DNA from: a virus
Lineage: Duplodnaviria; Caudoviricetes
Length of the DNA stretch: 64,000 nt
Strand: one strand, 5' to 3'
IMG/VR virus record: IMGVR_UViG_2645727892_000011
Span: 2,667-66,666 of that record
Made by a program: the position numbers and the translations under genes. The notes under the pieces were generated by a model. The model worked only from the letters and a program-made list of their open reading frames with translations. It ran no database searches and was not told the origin of the DNA. Shown here one piece after another: positions 1 to 9,640 of this stretch; position 1 is the stretch's first letter, and every line of letters starts with the position of its first letter.

Positions 1-339
1 ATTGCGGGAACTGACTTGGTGTTCCCATCGCCACGCGGCGGGCAGTTGGCCGATATGGCTATGACGGCGCTCATGCGGCGCAAGGATCTTGAATACGTCC
101 CGCATGGCTTCCGGTCAACCTTTCGAGATTGGGCCGGAGACCATACGGAGTATCCGCGGGATGTTGTGGAAACTGCCCTGGCCCATACGGTGGGCAACCA
201 GACAGAGGCAGCGTATCGACGCAGCGATGCGCTAGAGCGGCGCCGGCCTCTCATGCAGGATTGGGCTGACTATCTTGACTCCAGCCCCCGCGCTGGCCGC
301 GTTGCCAGCGCTGCAGATCAGACTGCCGCCAAGCCTTAG
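1..339 (+). CDS. int: Tyrosine integrase, C-terminal part (5' end outside the window)
   Basis: HGFRSTFRDW (H-x-x-R), LAH and AY catalytic motifs; frame open from base 1. Confidence 0.95.
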   Translation: MAGTDLVFPSPRGGQLADMAMTALMRRKDLEYVPHGFRSTFRDWAGDHTEYPRDVVETALAHTVGNQTEAAYRRSDALERRRPLMQDWADYLDSSPRAGRVASAADQTAAKP

Positions 340-484
340 CCCGTAGGCCAATAGTCACAGCAGGGGGCGCAATGCCCGCTCTCACCCAGCGCCACCAGGT
401 GGTGCGGTGTACTGGCGCAAACTGAGCCAAAACCTGCTTCTCGCGGTACATCGGCTCGGGTTCGTTATTTATAGAGGTATTCAT
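251..484 (-). CDS. AlpA-family excisionase / recombination directionality factor
   Basis: YREKQVL...VHRTTWWRWVRAG.APP.V.IG.RA.AW AlpA-like HTH; convergent with int and overlapping it. Confidence 0.8.
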   Translation of the reverse strand: MNTSINNEPEPMYREKQVLAQFAPVHRTTWWRWVRAGIAPPAVTIGLRAKAWRQSDLQRWQRGQRGGWSQDSQPNPA

Positions 485-669
485 CGCATTCTTTCATTGG
501 GTGTTTGGGCCTCAAAGGCTTTGAGATAGGCTTCCCAGAGCAGAAGCCCATCGGGACAGCGCGCCTGCTTCCCCGGCGTGGCGCCGGCGGCAATGCAGGT
601 AGGGCAGTTGAAGTGGTGGGCTATGTAGGCCGCGTCTTCTGGCAGGCCCACGGTGCTGGCGCTGGTCAT
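481..669 (-). CDS. Small Cys/His-rich phage protein
   Basis: HHFNCPTC...RCPDG; ATGA-type overlaps with both neighbours. Confidence 0.6.
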   Translation of the reverse strand: MTSASTVGLPEDAAYIAHHFNCPTCIAAGATPGKQARCPDGLLLWEAYLKAFEAQTPNERMR

Positions 670-1247
670 CGCGGTTTCTCGATGCGCTTGAAGTCGATCA
701 CCCAGACCCAGGGATTCGCGGCCCAATCACCGCCGGTGGACTTCCACACCTCGGCAAACCAATCGCGCGGGTCTTCACCATCGGCCATGTTGGGGAGCGG
801 GCATCCTTCTGCCATGGCATCCCCTCGGCTGATGGACTGCAGGCGCTCCACGCGCAGGCCTGTGATTTCCAGCCAGATGCGGGCCAGCTTCCTGGGCATG
901 TGGATTGCTGGTGTCCATTTGGGAACCCAGAGAGCGCCATCACTATCTTCAAATTCCTCGCCTTCAGCTCGATAGGCCAAGTCGGCAAACTGAGGATGCT
1001 GAGCAAACGTCTCGCGCACATAGATGCGGTCGCCGGGCTGGCCCACCGGTGAAAACTGCTGCACATATGCAAGGTCGTTGGGCTGCAGGCTTCCCGCGTC
1101 CAGAAAGTGCGACACCTCACCAATGGCAGCAGCAGCGCGCATCTGCTTCATCATGTGCTCACTGAATGCACGGCGCGTCTGGGTTTTCAGGTCGCTCAGA
1201 ATGTCGCGCACCAGGGGCGCCTTGAACATCAAGCCGGTTTCTTTCAT
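666..1247 (-). CDS. ASCH/PUA-like phage protein
   Basis: KTQTRR, PGDRIYVRETF, W.P.IHMPR...RI.LEI...RVERLQ.I, NPWVWVIDF motifs; GGAG RBS. Confidence 0.75.
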   Translation of the reverse strand: MKETGLMFKAPLVRDILSDLKTQTRRAFSEHMMKQMRAAAAIGEVSHFLDAGSLQPNDLAYVQQFSPVGQPGDRIYVRETFAQHPQFADLAYRAEGEEFEDSDGALWVPKWTPAIHMPRKLARIWLEITGLRVERLQSISRGDAMAEGCPLPNMADGEDPRDWFAEVWKSTGGDWAANPWVWVIDFKRIEKPR

Positions 1248-1291
1248 ACGGGCTCCAAAAAAGGAACCCCGCACGGTGGCGGGGCTGGTTG

Positions 1292-2290
1292 TTAGGTCTG
1301 TGGGAACTCGTCCCAGGTGCGGCCATCAAGAAGGCGGCCAGCGGCCTTCTTACCGACGCGGGCCGTGCATGCGCCGTCTGGCCAGTCGTAGAACTCAGGG
1401 TTCGCGGGACCGTGCGGGCCGTCAATCGGGAAGGTCAGCTGCACCGTGTCGCCATCCTTTTCGCCGGGCATCCAGTCGCCCCACTGCTTGAAAAGAAAGT
1501 CCGTGCCAGCGTCCTGGCACTGATCGCGCAGGGAGCGCGCCCAGTCGGGGTGCATGGGGCGGGAGCCAGGCCCGGACTCGCCACCGACGATCACCCAGTC
1601 CAGCAAGGCCACACTTCCACGGCGAAGTGCTGCTGCGCATTTGATTGGGTCGGCCATATCCCGCCATGTCCCCTTGCAGACTTGGGCCTCAGCCAAATCG
1701 CACGCTTGCTCCAAGTTCACCGGGCCAAGTAGTGGCTCCATGCTCAGGAAGCGCACCTTGGCAGGAACGGCCAGCAGCTTGGGAATGTCCCGGTCTGCCT
1801 CTTCCTGATTCACCACCGTAGCCCCGATCCAGACATTGGGCAGCGGCATCATGTCCAGCAGACTCAGGTCTGGGTCATTGCCGTGGGCCATCTCGTCAAG
1901 CATGGGCTTCACGTTGCCTATGCGCTTGGTCAGCAGCAGCCAGTCAAGGTGCGGCGTTTTAAAAATCAGGCCGAACAGGTCAATGCGCCAGCTCGGGTTG
2001 ACCGCGTTGTCGAACACATCAGCCAGAGACGCGCAGAACACGCGCTGACGGCGGCCGTGCTCTGCGAAAAATGCTTCGTGGTTCGCGTTCCAGGCCAGAG
2101 GCTTGTTCCAGTTGCTGGCGCTGGTCAGGCGGCGCGGTGCACCAGGCCCCCAGTTCACGGCCTGGCCACCAGCAAATCGGGCATTGCGGGTTTCGGCGTA
2201 GCAGTGGTCGCAACCCGGGCCCACCTTCTGGCAGCCTTCCCAGGGGTTAAAAGTGTGGTCTGTCCACTCGATCTTGGTGTTTTCGGCCAT
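1292..2290 (-). CDS. DUF5131 (phage Gp37/Gp68) family protein
   Basis: TKIEWTDHTFNPW.GC.KV.PGCDHCYA, VFCASLADVFD, LLLTKR, DWVIVGGESG, GRLLDGRTWDEFP. Confidence 0.9.
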   Translation of the reverse strand: MAENTKIEWTDHTFNPWEGCQKVGPGCDHCYAETRNARFAGGQAVNWGPGAPRRLTSASNWNKPLAWNANHEAFFAEHGRRQRVFCASLADVFDNAVNPSWRIDLFGLIFKTPHLDWLLLTKRIGNVKPMLDEMAHGNDPDLSLLDMMPLPNVWIGATVVNQEEADRDIPKLLAVPAKVRFLSMEPLLGPVNLEQACDLAEAQVCKGTWRDMADPIKCAAALRRGSVALLDWVIVGGESGPGSRPMHPDWARSLRDQCQDAGTDFLFKQWGDWMPGEKDGDTVQLTFPIDGPHGPANPEFYDWPDGACTARVGKKAAGRLLDGRTWDEFPQT

Positions 2291-2394
2291 CTGGCCCTCC
2301 AGAAATGAAGAACCCCGCTCAGTGGCGGGGCTCGGGGTTGCGGTTTGCTGCTTCTCTTGGCGAGCGCGGCGGATCTCTCGTTTAGATGGACGGC

Positions 2395-2757
2395 TCATAG
2401 TTCACGGTTCCTTACGTCAATCACCGGCGCAACCTTGGCCTTGGCCGTTCTGATGCGAGCCTTCAGGCGGGCCTCTTCCTTTTTCAAGGACTCGACTCCA
2501 TCCCTGAGGTCATTCAGGCTTTTTTGAACATGCTTGTGGTCTTCCCAGGCGCGCTGTAAGCGAGTGACTTCCTTTTGCAAAAAGTCGAACGGGTCGAATA
2601 CCTGGTCGCAGGCGGCGCAGCGCACGGTGCGGCTGTGATCATCCAGGGAGATCTTTTTGTGTTCGCAGAAGTTGTGCCAGTTCTTATTGGCTGTTAGCGT
2701 CTGCTCCGGCAGCTCAGTCCCTGGGAACTTCCTGATGTTGGAGTCAGCAGTGCTCAT
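2395..2757 (-). CDS. Hypothetical protein (Zn-ribbon plus coiled coil)
   Basis: CEH...CAAC followed by a heptad-rich helix; coupled to neighbours. Confidence 0.65.
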   Translation of the reverse strand: MSTADSNIRKFPGTELPEQTLTANKNWHNFCEHKKISLDDHSRTVRCAACDQVFDPFDFLQKEVTRLQRAWEDHKHVQKSLNDLRDGVESLKKEEARLKARIRTAKAKVAPVIDVRNREL

Positions 2758-3101
2758 GCTTGGCCTTTCTGCACCTGGGCGCGAAAGGTTGATGGCCTGC
2801 TGTACAGGCGCTCATATCGGTAAGCCGCGTACTCCTTTTCCTTGCCGGCCATGTCATCCGGAGACTCAAACCAACGCATAGGTTTCAGCCATTGGGTGAC
2901 TTCAATGGGGCGATATCCGCAGTCAAACCAGCCGTCATATCCGTACAGCAGAAGACCTCGAGTCACGGTGCCGTCCTTGAGCTTGACGATCTCGGCAACG
3001 CCAGTCTTTGAAAACAGCTTCTGCTGATACCAATGCGACTGATCTACCCACCAGCCTTTTTCAGTCCTGTCGCGGACTGTCACTTCTATTGCTTCTGTCA
3101 T
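2754..3101 (-). CDS. Hypothetical phage protein
   Basis: ORF with ATGA overlaps in the leftward operon. Confidence 0.6.
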   Translation of the reverse strand: MTEAIEVTVRDRTEKGWWVDQSHWYQQKLFSKTGVAEIVKLKDGTVTRGLLLYGYDGWFDCGYRPIEVTQWLKPMRWFESPDDMAGKEKEYAAYRYERLYSRPSTFRAQVQKGQA

Positions 3102-3346
3102 GCCTGCTGCGCTCCTTCCTTGGCTGCTGCCTGGGCTACCCGGCGCGCTTCCTTATCGGGGTCAAGTTGAGCGCCGCGCTTGGCCTCCTCGAAAGCCTCC
3201 TTTGCGGTCTTCGATGCAGAGTCAGACCACCAGCCGTCATAGGCATACGATCCACAAGGGGCCGTCACCCGGATGTACCAGTTGTCCTTTCGGCTCTCGC
3301 GCTCGACTGTGATGGAGTGCTTCTTGAAAGTGCGTGTGTATTGCAT
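3098..3346 (-). CDS. Hypothetical phage protein
   Basis: ORF packed in the leftward operon. Confidence 0.6.
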   Translation of the reverse strand: MQYTRTFKKHSITVERESRKDNWYIRVTAPCGSYAYDGWWSDSASKTAKEAFEEAKRGAQLDPDKEARRVAQAAAKEGAQQA

Positions 3347-3350
3347 TCAC

Positions 3351-3542
3351 TCACCCCCCTTGCGCTGCCTGGGCGGCGCGCTGTGCGGCCTTGGCCTCAA
3401 GCTGTGCTGCAAGACTCTTATGCCATGCGAGCGCCTCCTCATCGCTTGCAAACGCAACGTGATAATTCCAGCCGGGCACCACTGCGCCGAGTATTGAAAG
3501 CAGAATAAAAACAGCGCCGATGATTGCGAGAGCATTTTTCAT
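3351..3542 (-). CDS. Small membrane protein
   Basis: Hydrophobic N-terminus ALAIIGAVFILLSILGAVV; overlaps the upstream stop. Confidence 0.55.
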   Translation of the reverse strand: MKNALAIIGAVFILLSILGAVVPGWNYHVAFASDEEALAWHKSLAAQLEAKAAQRAAQAAQGG

Positions 3543-5203
3543 TCCGACCCCTTTGCTGCCGCGATAGCGGCGTCGATGGCATCTTGAGGCGTCGCAAAGC
3601 GCGGCGCATCATTGGGGCCGACATATCCCCAAGTCGGTGCGAGCTGCACAGGATGGATCTGCTGTTCGCGGTTCGGCCATCCATTTTTGAGAGCGTATTG
3701 ATAGCGCGCCGCATCCCGCGCGTCTGCCTGCGCTGGCCCAGTGCAATCTGGGCAAGGTTCTGCCGTGAGGATGTTGCCAACCGCCCCATGGTCGTTGCAG
3801 GTGCTGCAATGAGGCTGTCGAGGAAGTCCGGCAGCAATAGCCAGCAGGGTGCGCACTTGCTGCTCTGTGAATAGGGCGTGTGGGCCGTCTATCTTGAATG
3901 CATCGATGCCCCAGGTGAATTCAACGGTGCCTTTGGTGGCCGATTCACGCTTGCTTATGGCGATGGCGGCAGGCTCAGGCAGCACCACTGGCTCGGCTGC
4001 TGCCGTGGTTTTGCCCAGGGCGCGCAATGCATGCTCCAGTGGCGCGATGGCTTCAGCATGGTTGCCTGCTCGGATGCGGGTCAGCGCGCTATTGATGCAC
4101 AGCGCTGCAGCTGCCTCAGCGTGCGTCTGCACGGCTGCCGGGGTGGCGGCAAGCGCGGCGCGGGCCTGCCATGCTTCCCACTGCACATCTATTCCGCCGA
4201 GGCCCCATTCACGCCACCACTTCTCAAACGCCGCGCGCTCATCAGGCACTGCCACGGCTGCGGGCGCTGATGCTGATGGGCACAGAGTCGAAATAGCGCT
4301 GTTGAAAGCATCGAGCGAGTTCAGCAGAAGAAGCTGGCGGCCATCCGCGAGAGCAATTCCGCCTGGCTTTTCACCATGGCCGCTGCAACTGGCAACGGTC
4401 TTTACTCCGCCAGAGTTGAGAGCCCCAACAATGTCGGCAATCTCAGGGTCGCACCACACTGTTGGAATGCCGTCGTTACCGCGCTTCAAGACAACCATGC
4501 GCTCCTCACGGCTTCCGTGTTCGGCTACGGCCGCGGGCGCTGCCGTCTTCCCTTCGTACACCCATTCAACACCGTACGACTCTCCGTACTTGGTGTTTGC
4601 CTCTGTAGAGGGCATGTCGTCTGGAACAACAACTGGCCGCGCAGCTTGTGCCCGACCCTCGTCCAGGCCTGCATGCCATGCGGCTTGCTCTGCTGCGGCT
4701 GGCTCTTGGTGCTTTGCGCGTTCCGAAAGTCCTCGGATGGCAGCAACAGCGCATTCGATGCCGTTCATGTTGCCCAGGCTCATGAACCCAGGCACAGCTT
4801 TTTCAAGCTCATCAACGCACGCGCGCCATGCTTCAGTATGCTCATCCATGTATGGCACCCGCACCGGATAGACATCGTGATTTCCAGCGGGCAGACCAGG
4901 TGAGTACAGCTTGGCGTTGGTGATCTTCCCGCTCTCGTCAACATCGATATTGACGCAGGGCCAGATGTCAGCTTCTGGCTCCTGGATCTGGTGCAGGCAG
5001 TGCGAAGTTGTTCGTCGGTTCCATGCCTCAGTCAGAATAGGTGTGGGGTCGTCACCGCAGGCGAATCGCAGGGCTGTGCTGGCGCCACATCCAGGGCACT
5101 CAATGAAATAGCCCCCGCTGTTGTCCTTGGGATTCTCGTTTTTGATGGCTATCTCTGCGTTGCTGCAGAACGGGCAGGGAAGTAGTTTGATGGTGCTGCT
5201 CAT
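3539..5203 (-). CDS. Mosaic protein with N-terminal Lar-family (restriction alleviation) zinc domain
   Basis: LLPCPFC...IECPGCG...AWNRR at the N-terminus; further modules separated by PAA-rich linkers. Confidence 0.75.
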   Translation of the reverse strand: MSSTIKLLPCPFCSNAEIAIKNENPKDNSGGYFIECPGCGASTALRFACGDDPTPILTEAWNRRTTSHCLHQIQEPEADIWPCVNIDVDESGKITNAKLYSPGLPAGNHDVYPVRVPYMDEHTEAWRACVDELEKAVPGFMSLGNMNGIECAVAAIRGLSERAKHQEPAAAEQAAWHAGLDEGRAQAARPVVVPDDMPSTEANTKYGESYGVEWVYEGKTAAPAAVAEHGSREERMVVLKRGNDGIPTVWCDPEIADIVGALNSGGVKTVASCSGHGEKPGGIALADGRQLLLLNSLDAFNSAISTLCPSASAPAAVAVPDERAAFEKWWREWGLGGIDVQWEAWQARAALAATPAAVQTHAEAAAALCINSALTRIRAGNHAEAIAPLEHALRALGKTTAAAEPVVLPEPAAIAISKRESATKGTVEFTWGIDAFKIDGPHALFTEQQVRTLLAIAAGLPRQPHCSTCNDHGAVGNILTAEPCPDCTGPAQADARDAARYQYALKNGWPNREQQIHPVQLAPTWGYVGPNDAPRFATPQDAIDAAIAAAKGSE

Positions 5204-5260
5204 GACAATGCTTGCTTTCAGAATGAGAAGGCCCGCTGCGGCGGGCAGGGGTGTTGGTGG

Positions 5261-7012
5261 TCAGGCGACTTTTCGGGCTTGGCCTGCTTCGCTGTAGTTC
5301 GCGGCCACGATCAGCCGCATGGGTAGGGGGCTGACGCTGTTGCCAGCCATCCGTACCTGCGCCGTTTTCGTCAGGGGCTTGCCTGCGGCCGTGCGGTCGA
5401 TGATGTAGTCCGGCGGGAAGTCCTGAGCGTTGTAGAGTTCGCGCGGCACCAGCATGCGCAGCGTGATGTCTACGATCACCCAGGGCTCGCCCTTGAGCCA
5501 GACGGTCACCAGTGCCAGGCGGTCGCGTGTGGTGATGGTCGTTGCCGGCTCGCGCAGATCCGACCATTGACCGCCGCTTCCGTGGTACCGCATGAGGAAT
5601 GCAGCGCAGCGCAGAGCGCCGGCTTCGTCCTCTTTCCCCAGCTCATAGCGCAGCAAGGCGTGATGCTCGCCGCCTGCTGCCACCACTGGCACCGGTTCGG
5701 TCATGGCCTTGCCAGTGCTGTTTCGGCGTAGCGTGGTCAGGTGAGCAACGGCCAACTGCTGCTGGCTTCCGCTCGTTGTGACTGTGGACATGCCGCCGCG
5801 CAGGTCACGTGCTGGGGTGGTGTTGAATCCGCCATTGGCTTGGACCATGAAAGCAGTTGCCAGGCTCTGGCCGCCACCGCTGGCGGTGATCGTGCCGATG
5901 GGACCCCTGATGTCGTTGGTGCCGTGGCTGCGGCGCTTTGTCGCGCCAGTGCCCTCGCCATGGCCCGCTTGCACAAGGTAGGCAGAAGCTGTTGCGAACT
6001 TGTTGCCACCAGCAACCACGGTACCGAAGGCCTGCTGCAGATCCAGAGCGCGCGGCTCTTGACCTTCTCGCTCTCCATAACCCATCTGAACCAAGGTGCG
6101 AGCCGCGCCCTCAACGATGAATGGATCCTTGCTGCCCAGCACGTATTTCTGCATGCCGTGGGCTATGCGGCGCATCGTGGCTTCGGCCAGATCCTTCTTG
6201 CGGCCGAATATGCTGGTACCGGGAATGCTCCAGTCGATGCACTCTGCAGACCATTTGTGCGGCTTGAGTTTGCCTACTGGCTTCTTGGCATGTGTCTTCT
6301 CGGGCCAAACGATGGGCAGACCGTCGCGGCGGGCGATCATATAGAGCCGGGTCCGGGTGCTCTTGCAGCCGACATCAGCGTTGCAGAGCACGCGCCACTG
6401 CACGACATAGCCCTGATTGCGCAGCATCTGCACAAAGCGATTCCAGGTCTTGCCTAGCTGCTTCTTGTCTGGCACCAGATACTGGTTATGGCGTGGCACA
6501 CGCTCGCCCGGGTCTGCAACCCGGTAGATGGTCTTGCCCTTGGCGTCCTTGATCTTGTCCAGGGTGATGACGCGGCCGGTTTCTGGGCAGCGCTTGGCAA
6601 TCAGCCTGCACCAGAGCAGCATCTGCTCCACGTTCTCCAGGGTGATGACATCGGGCTTGGCAATGCCGCCCCAGCGCGGTACCACCCAGGCCAGAGAGCG
6701 AATCTCCTTGCTGCGCGGTTGGCCGCCCAGCGCCTGGCTGTGGTGGGTGCAATCCGGGGAAGCATGCAGCAGGCCTACCGGCTGGCCGCCCGTGGCTTGG
6801 CGGGGGCAGACCTCCCAGATGTCGGCGCGGTAGTGGCGCGTCTGGGGGTGATTTGCCTCATGCATGCCGATGGCGTCGGCGTCGTGGTTGATCGCAATGT
6901 CAACCGGGCGGCCGATGGCCTGCTCAATGCCTGTGCTGGCTCCACCGCCACCGGCAAACAGGTCAATAACCAGCTTGGCAGACAGTGCCAACACAAATTG
7001 AGGGGTAAGCAT
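5261..7012 (-). CDS. Orphan C5-cytosine DNA methyltransferase
   Basis: DLFAGGGG (motif I), SPDC (IV), ENV (VI), R.RLY (VIII), GNSV (X). Confidence 0.92.
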   Translation of the reverse strand: MLTPQFVLALSAKLVIDLFAGGGGASTGIEQAIGRPVDIAINHDADAIGMHEANHPQTRHYRADIWEVCPRQATGGQPVGLLHASPDCTHHSQALGGQPRSKEIRSLAWVVPRWGGIAKPDVITLENVEQMLLWCRLIAKRCPETGRVITLDKIKDAKGKTIYRVADPGERVPRHNQYLVPDKKQLGKTWNRFVQMLRNQGYVVQWRVLCNADVGCKSTRTRLYMIARRDGLPIVWPEKTHAKKPVGKLKPHKWSAECIDWSIPGTSIFGRKKDLAEATMRRIAHGMQKYVLGSKDPFIVEGAARTLVQMGYGEREGQEPRALDLQQAFGTVVAGGNKFATASAYLVQAGHGEGTGATKRRSHGTNDIRGPIGTITASGGGQSLATAFMVQANGGFNTTPARDLRGGMSTVTTSGSQQQLAVAHLTTLRRNSTGKAMTEPVPVVAAGGEHHALLRYELGKEDEAGALRCAAFLMRYHGSGGQWSDLREPATTITTRDRLALVTVWLKGEPWVIVDITLRMLVPRELYNAQDFPPDYIIDRTAAGKPLTKTAQVRMAGNSVSPLPMRLIVAANYSEAGQARKVA

Positions 7013-7135
7013 AGGGCTCCAGAAAGCAAAAAGCCCGCTCAGTGGCGGGCCGTAATTCATTGATATGGGCATGCCGCACCATTCATGAACATCTATGAAT
7101 AGGTGTGCATCCGCTGGCGCTGGATGGCTACAGGC

Positions 7136-7729
7136 TTAAAACCAAAGTCCTGAGAATGGGGTGGCGGTGTAGTCGCGGTAGGTTCGATTAGTTCGGCATA
7201 AATGAACGACCTTGGGACAAACGTTCATCTGCCTGGCCAGCTCGCGCGCCGAGGTGGTGGTTTCGGTGCGAATGCGCTGGACCTGCTCATCATTCAGCAC
7301 GCGGGTGTGTATGCGGGATGCGGAAATCTTCTTGCCACGTAGCAGGCTGGTCGCCGCGTCCATGTTCACCAGGCCGTGGCGTTGGGGCACGCCTCGATCC
7401 TGGTAAGCGGCGCAGTCAGGGCACACGCATGCGCTGTTGCGGCAAGTGGGGGTGACGACGATGGAATGCTCGGTCTTGGCCTGTTTGGGTGGGCGCTTGC
7501 GGGTGAACAGCTCCAGCATCAAGCCGCGCACTCGGATATGGCATGGTGGGTTCGGCAGCCTTGAATCGCGGCCCAGGCGGCGCATGGGCATTGCAATGAC
7601 GGGCGAGCCGTTGTCGCTGGCGCCCAGCCAGTTCAGGCACTTTCCCTCTTCAACCGTGTTCTTGTCGATCTTCTGCAGAACCAGGACAAGCAGGTGGTAG
7701 TAAAGGGCCAGGACGACAAACTGCGACAT
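7136..7729 (-). CDS. Degenerate HNH-like protein with C-terminal HTH
   Basis: CLNWLGA...G, CRNSACVCP, LNDEQVQRIR...SARELARQMNV. Confidence 0.55.
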   Translation of the reverse strand: MSQFVVLALYYHLLVLVLQKIDKNTVEEGKCLNWLGASDNGSPVIAMPMRRLGRDSRLPNPPCHIRVRGLMLELFTRKRPPKQAKTEHSIVVTPTCRNSACVCPDCAAYQDRGVPQRHGLVNMDAATSLLRGKKISASRIHTRVLNDEQVQRIRTETTTSARELARQMNVCPKVVHLCRTNRTYRDYTATPFSGLWF

Positions 7730-7788
7730 GGTGAGTTCTCCGGGGAAGCGAAAAGCCCGGCGCTGGGCCGGGCTGGATGGGGCAGGGA

Positions 7789-8628
7789 TTACTTGCTGGG
7801 CGCGCCGTTCAGCACCTGCAAGTCGGTTTGTGCGGCAATGTGGGCGCGCAGCTGCTTCACCGCGTCTTCGATCACCTTATGGGGGCGGATCAGCTCCAGC
7901 CACATGACCAACTGGCCGCCTTCCTGAATGCGGTAGCGGAAACGCACGTCCTGGCGGTATTTCTCGCCGTTCTCGAAAACCGGCACACCAATCGAGAATT
8001 GCTCGGGAATGGCCATGGTGCCTTTGACGGCGCTGCCAGCAACATCCTCGTCATAGGTGAACTGAGTGGAGCCGTCAGCCAGACGCACGCTGCTCTTGAA
8101 GTTCACCTTCTTGGTGGCTTCCAGGGTGCGGCAGATTTCCAGCAAAGTCGCGCCGTCCGGGCTGCCAGGTTCGCCTTGCGTGGCTGCGATGTAGGCCACA
8201 TCCACCATATTCGATTCCAGGAACTGGGCCATATCCACCTGATTGCGCTTCACCGCATCCGCTTCTGTCCAGGCCTTCCATTCCGGAGACAGAGGCGCGT
8301 TGTACTGGGCCTTGTGATCGCCCCAGCCTGCGCCATCAGCGTTGTGGTTGAACACAGCGGTGAAGGTGGGAGGGTTGATGGTGGAGAACAGGCGGGTGTT
8401 TTCGTTGGCTTGGTCGATAACCACCGCGATGAAGGATTCGGCATCGTTCAGCACGGCGGTACCGCGCTTGCGGATGGGGGCCGCCAACGTCTCTTCCAGC
8501 TTTTGAACTTGGAAGCCTTCGGGCAGGATGACAGCAGGAACTCCAGCGCCGAGCAGACGGACGTCCTGATGGCTGGCTGCCATGACGGCGCGGGCTACGG
8601 CTTCGGTTTGGATTTCAGAGGTTTCCAC
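7789..8628 (-). CDS. DUF2303 (YfdQ-like) protein
   Basis: AVFNH...WGDHKA.Y...SPEW.AW, Q..AQFLE, PEQFSIGVPVFENG. Confidence 0.85.
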   Translation of the reverse strand: METSEIQTEAVARAVMAASHQDVRLLGAGVPAVILPEGFQVQKLEETLAAPIRKRGTAVLNDAESFIAVVIDQANENTRLFSTINPPTFTAVFNHNADGAGWGDHKAQYNAPLSPEWKAWTEADAVKRNQVDMAQFLESNMVDVAYIAATQGEPGSPDGATLLEICRTLEATKKVNFKSSVRLADGSTQFTYDEDVAGSAVKGTMAIPEQFSIGVPVFENGEKYRQDVRFRYRIQEGGQLVMWLELIRPHKVIEDAVKQLRAHIAAQTDLQVLNGAPSK

Positions 8629-8685
8629 AGAATGCTCCTTTGATGTGGATGGGGTGAGAAATGGCTTGGTTGACGATGGCGCGGG

Positions 8686-9102
8686 TCAATGGACGGCGCG
8701 CAGCGGTGCGGCTTCGCTGGTGTCTTTGGGCGCCTCGCGCAGCGCGGTTTGCGCCTTGGCTTCGTCGTCGGCAGTTCGCAGGCCTTCCAGCGTCTGCTGC
8801 TTGGGGTTCTCGCGCTGCAGGTTGTTGTTCGGCGTCGTGAACATGAGCGTTTTGCCGCGCGTGGGCTGGGGCAGCTTCGACTTCACATCTGTGTCCAGCT
8901 CCACCTGGCCGGAGGTCCCGGGCAGCGGCTTGAGCTTGATCTTCAATGTGAGCTCGCTGAGCTTCCCCGTCTCGGTGCTGGCGTGCACCATGTCGTTGAG
9001 CGCGTCGGCCAGTTCTTCGCCCAGGTCGGGGAAAGAGGCCAGGAAGTCGGCAAAGGACTTGCGATCCACCTTCTTGGTGGGGTTGATGAGTTTTTGAGCC
9101 AT
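8686..9102 (-). CDS. YfdP-like protein (usual partner of DUF2303)
   Basis: TGK..ELTLKI.LKP...VKSKLP...FTTPNNNLQRENPKQ. Confidence 0.7.
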   Translation of the reverse strand: MAQKLINPTKKVDRKSFADFLASFPDLGEELADALNDMVHASTETGKLSELTLKIKLKPLPGTSGQVELDTDVKSKLPQPTRGKTLMFTTPNNNLQRENPKQQTLEGLRTADDEAKAQTALREAPKDTSEAAPLRAVH

Positions 9103-9131
9103 GCGGGCCTCCAAAAGAAAAAGCCCGCTGG

Positions 9132-9425
9132 TCAGCGGGCGGGCGGGTGACTGGGTTCGGCGTCGGTGAACGGAATTCGTTGACCATCGGGATAGTTCAG
9201 ATGGCCATGGGCCCGGCTGGGGAGCTCAAAGGCCCGGAAGCGGGAATCTGGAATACCAGGGGTGCGCTGCAGCTCCTTGCCGTCATAGCAATCCGAGGGC
9301 GGCGTGTAGCGCTCGCGGTCTGGCTGGCGCTGCTGGCTTTCGCGCTCGGCACGCTCGGCATGGGAGAGGACTTGCCAGCCGCGCACATTGAAATCGCGGC
9401 TTGCTTCACTGGGATTTCTGCTCAT
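9132..9425 (-). CDS. Hypothetical phage protein
   Basis: ORF with an ATGA overlap; YDGKEL...AFELPSR. Confidence 0.55.
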   Translation of the reverse strand: MSRNPSEASRDFNVRGWQVLSHAERAERESQQRQPDRERYTPPSDCYDGKELQRTPGIPDSRFRAFELPSRAHGHLNYPDGQRIPFTDAEPSHPPAR

Positions 9426-9640
9426 TGAGTCACTTTCAGGCATTGAACGGTCTTTTCATCCAGCCACTCGGCATGCATGCCAGGGCAGACGAAGGCATCG
9501 CGGGCGGCCATACGGACGGTGCCGGCGGGGGAGGGGGGCTCACTGGTTTCCTCTTCTGCTTGTGCAGGGGAAGTCACCCACAGCAGCAGCAAGACAACGG
9601 AGCAAATTGCGATCGCGATGGCTATGAGGGCTTTATTCAT
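9422..9640 (-). CDS. Small exported/membrane protein
   Basis: Signal-like N-terminus; C-terminal CPGMHAEWLD...QC. Confidence 0.55.
   Translation of the reverse strand: MNKALIAIAIAICSVVLLLLWVTSPAQAEEETSEPPSPAGTVRMAARDAFVCPGMHAEWLDEKTVQCLKVTQ

Noticed and set aside
5261-7012. C5 methyltransferase as part of a restriction-modification system
   Set aside because: No adjacent restriction enzyme; it sits in the early operon like a typical orphan phage methyltransferase
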